NCBI GenBank assembly: GCA_963785725.1
Contig: CAWAWS010000014.1
Location: 352,001 to 416,000, forward strand
Length of the DNA stretch: 64,000 bases
Origin: an uncultured delta proteobacterium
Lineage (GTDB): Bacteria > Myxococcota_A > Polyangia > Palsa-1104
Direction: 5' to 3'
Shown here one piece after another: positions 60,766 to 64,000 of the stretch. How positions within the stretch are numbered: position 1 is the first letter of the stretch; every line of letters begins with the position of its first letter. The notes below the pieces were generated by a model. It saw nothing but the letters and a program-made list of their open reading frames with translations. It was not told the origin of the DNA and did no database searches. The position numbers and the translations under genes were made by a program.

Positions 60766-61449
60766 TCAACGCGCCAGCGGGAGCGCGCCTTTGCCCAACG
60801 TCACCACCGGCCCCATCGCCGACGGAGTGCTCACCCGAAAGCTCGCCAGGAAATGGTCGAGCTCAGCGAGCGGAGCGCTCGTCTTCTCGGGACAGCTCAG
60901 GACGACGACGACCGAGACACCGGACGTCCCCGCCCCCTTCGCGCCACCGCGTGTGGCGCGCCGCGTGGTGGCGTGGATTACGGTCACGTCGATCAGTCGA
61001 TGTGTGCTCGTGTCTCGTTCGCGCACGACCTCGCGGAGCAGCTCGCGGTTCCACTCCTCGCCGTGGACATCGAGACTGCCGACGAGGTACTGCCGCTCGC
61101 CCGCGCTCTGCTCGTCCTTGCTCCACGGGGTGAGTCCGCAGCCCTTCTCCTCGCAGAACGTCGCCCAGTCCCCCTGCTCGACGAGCGAGACCGGCATGTT
61201 CGGGGCTTCGAGCCGTGTCCGGCTGACCGTGACGAAGCAGCCCGCTTGCGCTTGCTGCTCCGCGATGACCTCGACCGTCCAGTCGTGGTCGGGGTCACCG
61301 TACAGCTTGAGCTTGCGCGGCCGTGTTCCCGAGGCAGCCTGCCACGACGGAGGGACCGCGGCCTCCACACCCTCCGCGAGGCGTTCCGCGCTCGCCGCGA
61401 AGGGGCAGCAGAGCAAGAGTCCGGTAAGCACGACAAATCGCGCGATCAT
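60766..61449 (-). CDS. Hypothetical exported protein
   Basis: GGAGA SD; signal peptide MIARFVVLTGLLLCCPFAASA. Confidence 0.6.
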   Translation of the reverse strand: MIARFVVLTGLLLCCPFAASAERLAEGVEAAVPPSWQAASGTRPRKLKLYGDPDHDWTVEVIAEQQAQAGCFVTVSRTRLEAPNMPVSLVEQGDWATFCEEKGCGLTPWSKDEQSAGERQYLVGSLDVHGEEWNRELLREVVRERDTSTHRLIDVTVIHATTRRATRGGAKGAGTSGVSVVVVLSCPEKTSAPLAELDHFLASFRVSTPSAMGPVVTLGKGALPLAR

Positions 61450-61734
61450 GGACGGTCTCCAGTGAAAGAATGCAGGCATTCACGCGACGTGGGCAAGGGC
61501 TCCTTTGGAGACGACGAAACATCGTTGTTCTCCCAGCCACCGTTGTCGCGACACACCGGAGCAGTACGACTGGCGCCGGCCCCAGCGCGACAGAGCCATG
61601 TGGTCGACTCCCAGCTCGCTGGCGAATTCGCGCGCCGTCAGCCCATTCTCCCGCCATCGCTCGACGTGCTTGGCCCGTAATTTCTCTGCTCGCGCGTGGG
61701 CACGCAGCGCCGATGATCCGGCGCGACGAACAGC

Positions 61735-62010
61735 TCACTCGCGTCGTCGTGAAATCAACCCGACGACGGCAACGAAGAGGGTCGCGCCGATGATCGACCA
61801 TACAATCGGAAAGCGAGTGTGGCGTAGCTGAAAGACGAACAGCTCGGGTAGTCGCAGCTTGCGCGCGAGCCACACGCCGATGAGGGCGCCGATGAAGCCG
61901 AGCGCGATCGAAGCGAGACAGCCACCGCGCGAGTAGCCGGCGATCGTCTGGCCAATGGCGCCGCAGATCCCGGCGACGAAGAGGAGGATGACGAGATCGA
62001 GGACGGACAT
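61735..62010 (-). CDS. GlsB/YeaQ/YmgE (transglycosylase-associated) membrane protein
   Basis: GAGG SD; three TMs; GGCLASIALGFIGALIG, WSIIGATLFV. Confidence 0.88.
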   Translation of the reverse strand: MSVLDLVILLFVAGICGAIGQTIAGYSRGGCLASIALGFIGALIGVWLARKLRLPELFVFQLRHTRFPIVWSIIGATLFVAVVGLISRRRE

Positions 62011-62407
62011 CGTTCACCTCGTGTAGCCATCGACTCTACCGCAGATTCGCGTTCTTGCCTGTGCGAGGACTCATCCGCTTGACCAGTGGGGACAACCAAG
62101 AGAAGTCGTTCACTGACTGGTTCCAGCGTACCGCGGGCAGGCTCTTAGACACGGAGGTAGCACAGCGCGTATTTGAGATAGGGACGGATTGGGGTTCTAC
62201 GGACCCCACAAGCGAGCCGCCGTCTGACGTACGCGAAGACTACGCGTCTGTGTTGAGCTCTCGGTTTCTCCGCAAGACTGAGCGCCCGTCACCCGCGAAC
62301 GCGCGATTCGCACCGCGAGATCATGCTCGTGTACGATCTGCGGAATGAGCGCTGAGCTCCGTGCCGCGTGCGGGCCGACACACTGGTGAGCGAGAGGAGC
62401 CGACCGG

Positions 62408-62788
62408 ATGCCCGAAGACAAGGTGTTCACTCCCGGAGCCAACAGGATCTTCGTGTTCGGCTCGAACGCAGCCGGCATTCACGGTGCCGGCGCGGCATTG
62501 ACGGCCAAGAAGAAATACGGTGCGCGGCAGCGGGTCGGCGAAGGATTGCAAGGCGCCAGCTACGCCATCCCGACAAAGGATGAGCGAATCAGGACGCTCC
62601 CTCTCGACGCCGTAAGAAATGGGGTCGAGCGCTTCCTGACCTTCGCTCGTAGTCGACCCGATCTAACGTTCTTCGTCACGCGCATTGGCTGCGGATTGGC
62701 CGGATACACCGACGTGGAGATTGGACCGATGTTCATTGGCGCGCCGGATAACTGCGAGCTGCCCGAAGGCTGGGGCTGCCCGCTGTAA
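62408..62788 (+). CDS. Phage-type macrodomain-like protein (A1S_2505-like)
   Basis: GAGGAG SD; IFVFGSNAAGIHGAGAA, GEGLQGASYAIPTK, FFVTRIGCGLAG, LPEGW. Confidence 0.85.
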   Translation: MPEDKVFTPGANRIFVFGSNAAGIHGAGAALTAKKKYGARQRVGEGLQGASYAIPTKDERIRTLPLDAVRNGVERFLTFARSRPDLTFFVTRIGCGLAGYTDVEIGPMFIGAPDNCELPEGWGCPL

Positions 62789-62940
62789 CGTCAGCCCAGT
62801 CAGCGATTTCTCGTCCTGTGAACGCGCGAATCACGGCGTGACTGGCAATAACATGTCAGAGCGAGTCGCCGACCCAAGCGAAGGCCGTCGATGACGGTCG
62901 CAATGGATCCACCGACGTGTGCGCGGTTTACACTGCTGCC

Positions 62941-63471
62941 ATGAAATGCTCCGTCTTCATCGCCGCCAGCCTCGACGGCTTCATCGCGCGCACGGACGGC
63001 TCCTTCGACTGGCTCGAGCAGATCGCCCGGCTCGACAAGTATGACAACGGCTACGCGCAGTTCATGGCCACCGTCGACACGCTCGTCCTCGGACGCAACA
63101 CCTACGACGTCGTGCGCCGATTCCCGGCGTGGCCCTTCGACGGCAAGCGCTGCCTGGTCCTCACCCATCGCGCCGGCACGAGCGCGCACGGCGAAGAGTT
63201 CGTCGCCGGCTCCGCGCGCGACCTCCTCGAGCGGCTGACGCGCGAGGGCGCCCGTCGCGCCTACATCGACGGCGGCATCGTCGTCCGCCAATTCCTCGAC
63301 GCCGGCTTGATCGACGATCTGACCCTCTCGATCATGCCCATCCTGCTCGGCTCCGGCATTCCGCTGTTCGCGCCCGGCGGCGTCGAGCAGCGACTGACGC
63401 TCGACGAGCAGCGCGCGTGGCCGACCGGCGTCGTGCAGCTGCGCTATTCGCGCGCCGCCAATAACGCTTAG
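62941..63471 (+). CDS. Dihydrofolate reductase-family (RibD C-terminal) protein
   Basis: FIAASLDGFIA, LGRNTY, YIDGG, GLIDDL, PILLGSGIPLF. Confidence 0.92.
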   Translation: MKCSVFIAASLDGFIARTDGSFDWLEQIARLDKYDNGYAQFMATVDTLVLGRNTYDVVRRFPAWPFDGKRCLVLTHRAGTSAHGEEFVAGSARDLLERLTREGARRAYIDGGIVVRQFLDAGLIDDLTLSIMPILLGSGIPLFAPGGVEQRLTLDEQRAWPTGVVQLRYSRAANNA

Positions 63472-63484
63472 CGCGACCGAGGAT

Positions 63485-64000
63485 TCAGAAGAACGACTTG
63501 GGCGGCCGCGGCGCCACCGGCGCCTTCAGCGGCGCCGGCGCCGGCGCGGTCGTGACCGGCGGCTGCTCCTTGCCGACGTACAGAATCTTCTGCAGCGCAT
63601 GATGCCCGGTCGCGCCCGGCCGCGGTCCCACGCCGCACACCGTCTCGGCCGCGCAGCCGTCATGCTCGAGGTAGTGCACGACGACCCGCGTGAACCCCGC
63701 CGACGCCAACGTCTGGCGCGCCACCTCGACCCGCTGTCCGACGACGTCCGGCATCGGCGCGCGCGTCGGCGCCGGCGCGCCCGGCGCGGGCCGCGGCGGC
63801 TGCACGTAGAGCGCGATCGGCTCCTGCTTCATCACGTCGGCGCCCGGCCACGGATAGCTGTAGCAAACGACGCCCGCCGCCGCCTGCCGGCCACAATCCT
63901 CCTCCCGCCAGTCGACGAGCCCGAGCTTACCGGCACGTCGCAGCTGCTGCTCGGCCGCCGCCGCGCTGACCCCGCGCAGGTCGGGCATCTTGAAGTGCTG
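63485..64000 (-). CDS. PASTA-domain protein (5' end may lie outside the window)
   Basis: Two PASTA-like units, MPDLRGVSAAAAEQQL and MPDVVGQRVEVARQTL; the frame is open to the window edge. Confidence 0.75.
   Translation of the reverse strand, partial: QHFKMPDLRGVSAAAAEQQLRRAGKLGLVDWREEDCGRQAAAGVVCYSYPWPGADVMKQEPIALYVQPPRPAPGAPAPTRAPMPDVVGQRVEVARQTLASAGFTRVVVHYLEHDGCAAETVCGVGPRPGATGHHALQKILYVGKEQPPVTTAPAPAPLKAPVAPRPPKSFF

Overview
Very GC-rich bacterial DNA with a myxobacterial (Myxococcota, probably Polyangia-like) gene content; the taxonomy is inferred from Ser/Thr kinases, TPR/PEGA proteins, Cys-rich lipoproteins, a RomX-like gene and an MXAN_5808-type S41 protease. Bases 1-53150 look like core chromosome: a sulfatase-fold/GT-C pair, S41 protease, ppx, aat, a Zn/Mn ABC operon with an embedded outer-membrane protein, an RpoH-type sigma factor, rsmI, a kinase-TPR-lectin operon, an NtrC-type regulator and its probable kinase, selA-HNH, MinD/J/HTH-romX-rluD, pgeF, nfo, a SIR2-domain gene with a coupled 55-aa ORF missing from the ORF track, an RRM protein, msrA, and amidase-rph-rdgB-tRNA-Pro(UGG). 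Downstream of tRNA-Pro is a decayed integration hotspot. The tRNA 3' end is repeated at 60336-60365, and each copy is followed by a tyrosine-integrase C-terminal remnant, suggesting two related elements inserted in tandem. Cargo includes a probable toxin-immunity pair, a TPR-lipoprotein-tail-collar cassette, a GT-C glycosyltransferase, an internally deleted 2OG-Fe(II) oxygenase, an IS256 scar and a phage-type macrodomain gene. Two window-wide patterns stand out: many start codons have a TANNNT box 5-10 nt upstream and no Shine-Dalgarno (probable leaderless mRNAs), and ten +1 frameshifts in conserved genes fall at G/C wobble positions, which points to assembly-consensus artefacts rather than pseudogenes. 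No CRISPR array or rRNA was seen. All family calls are by motif recognition only; no searches were run.
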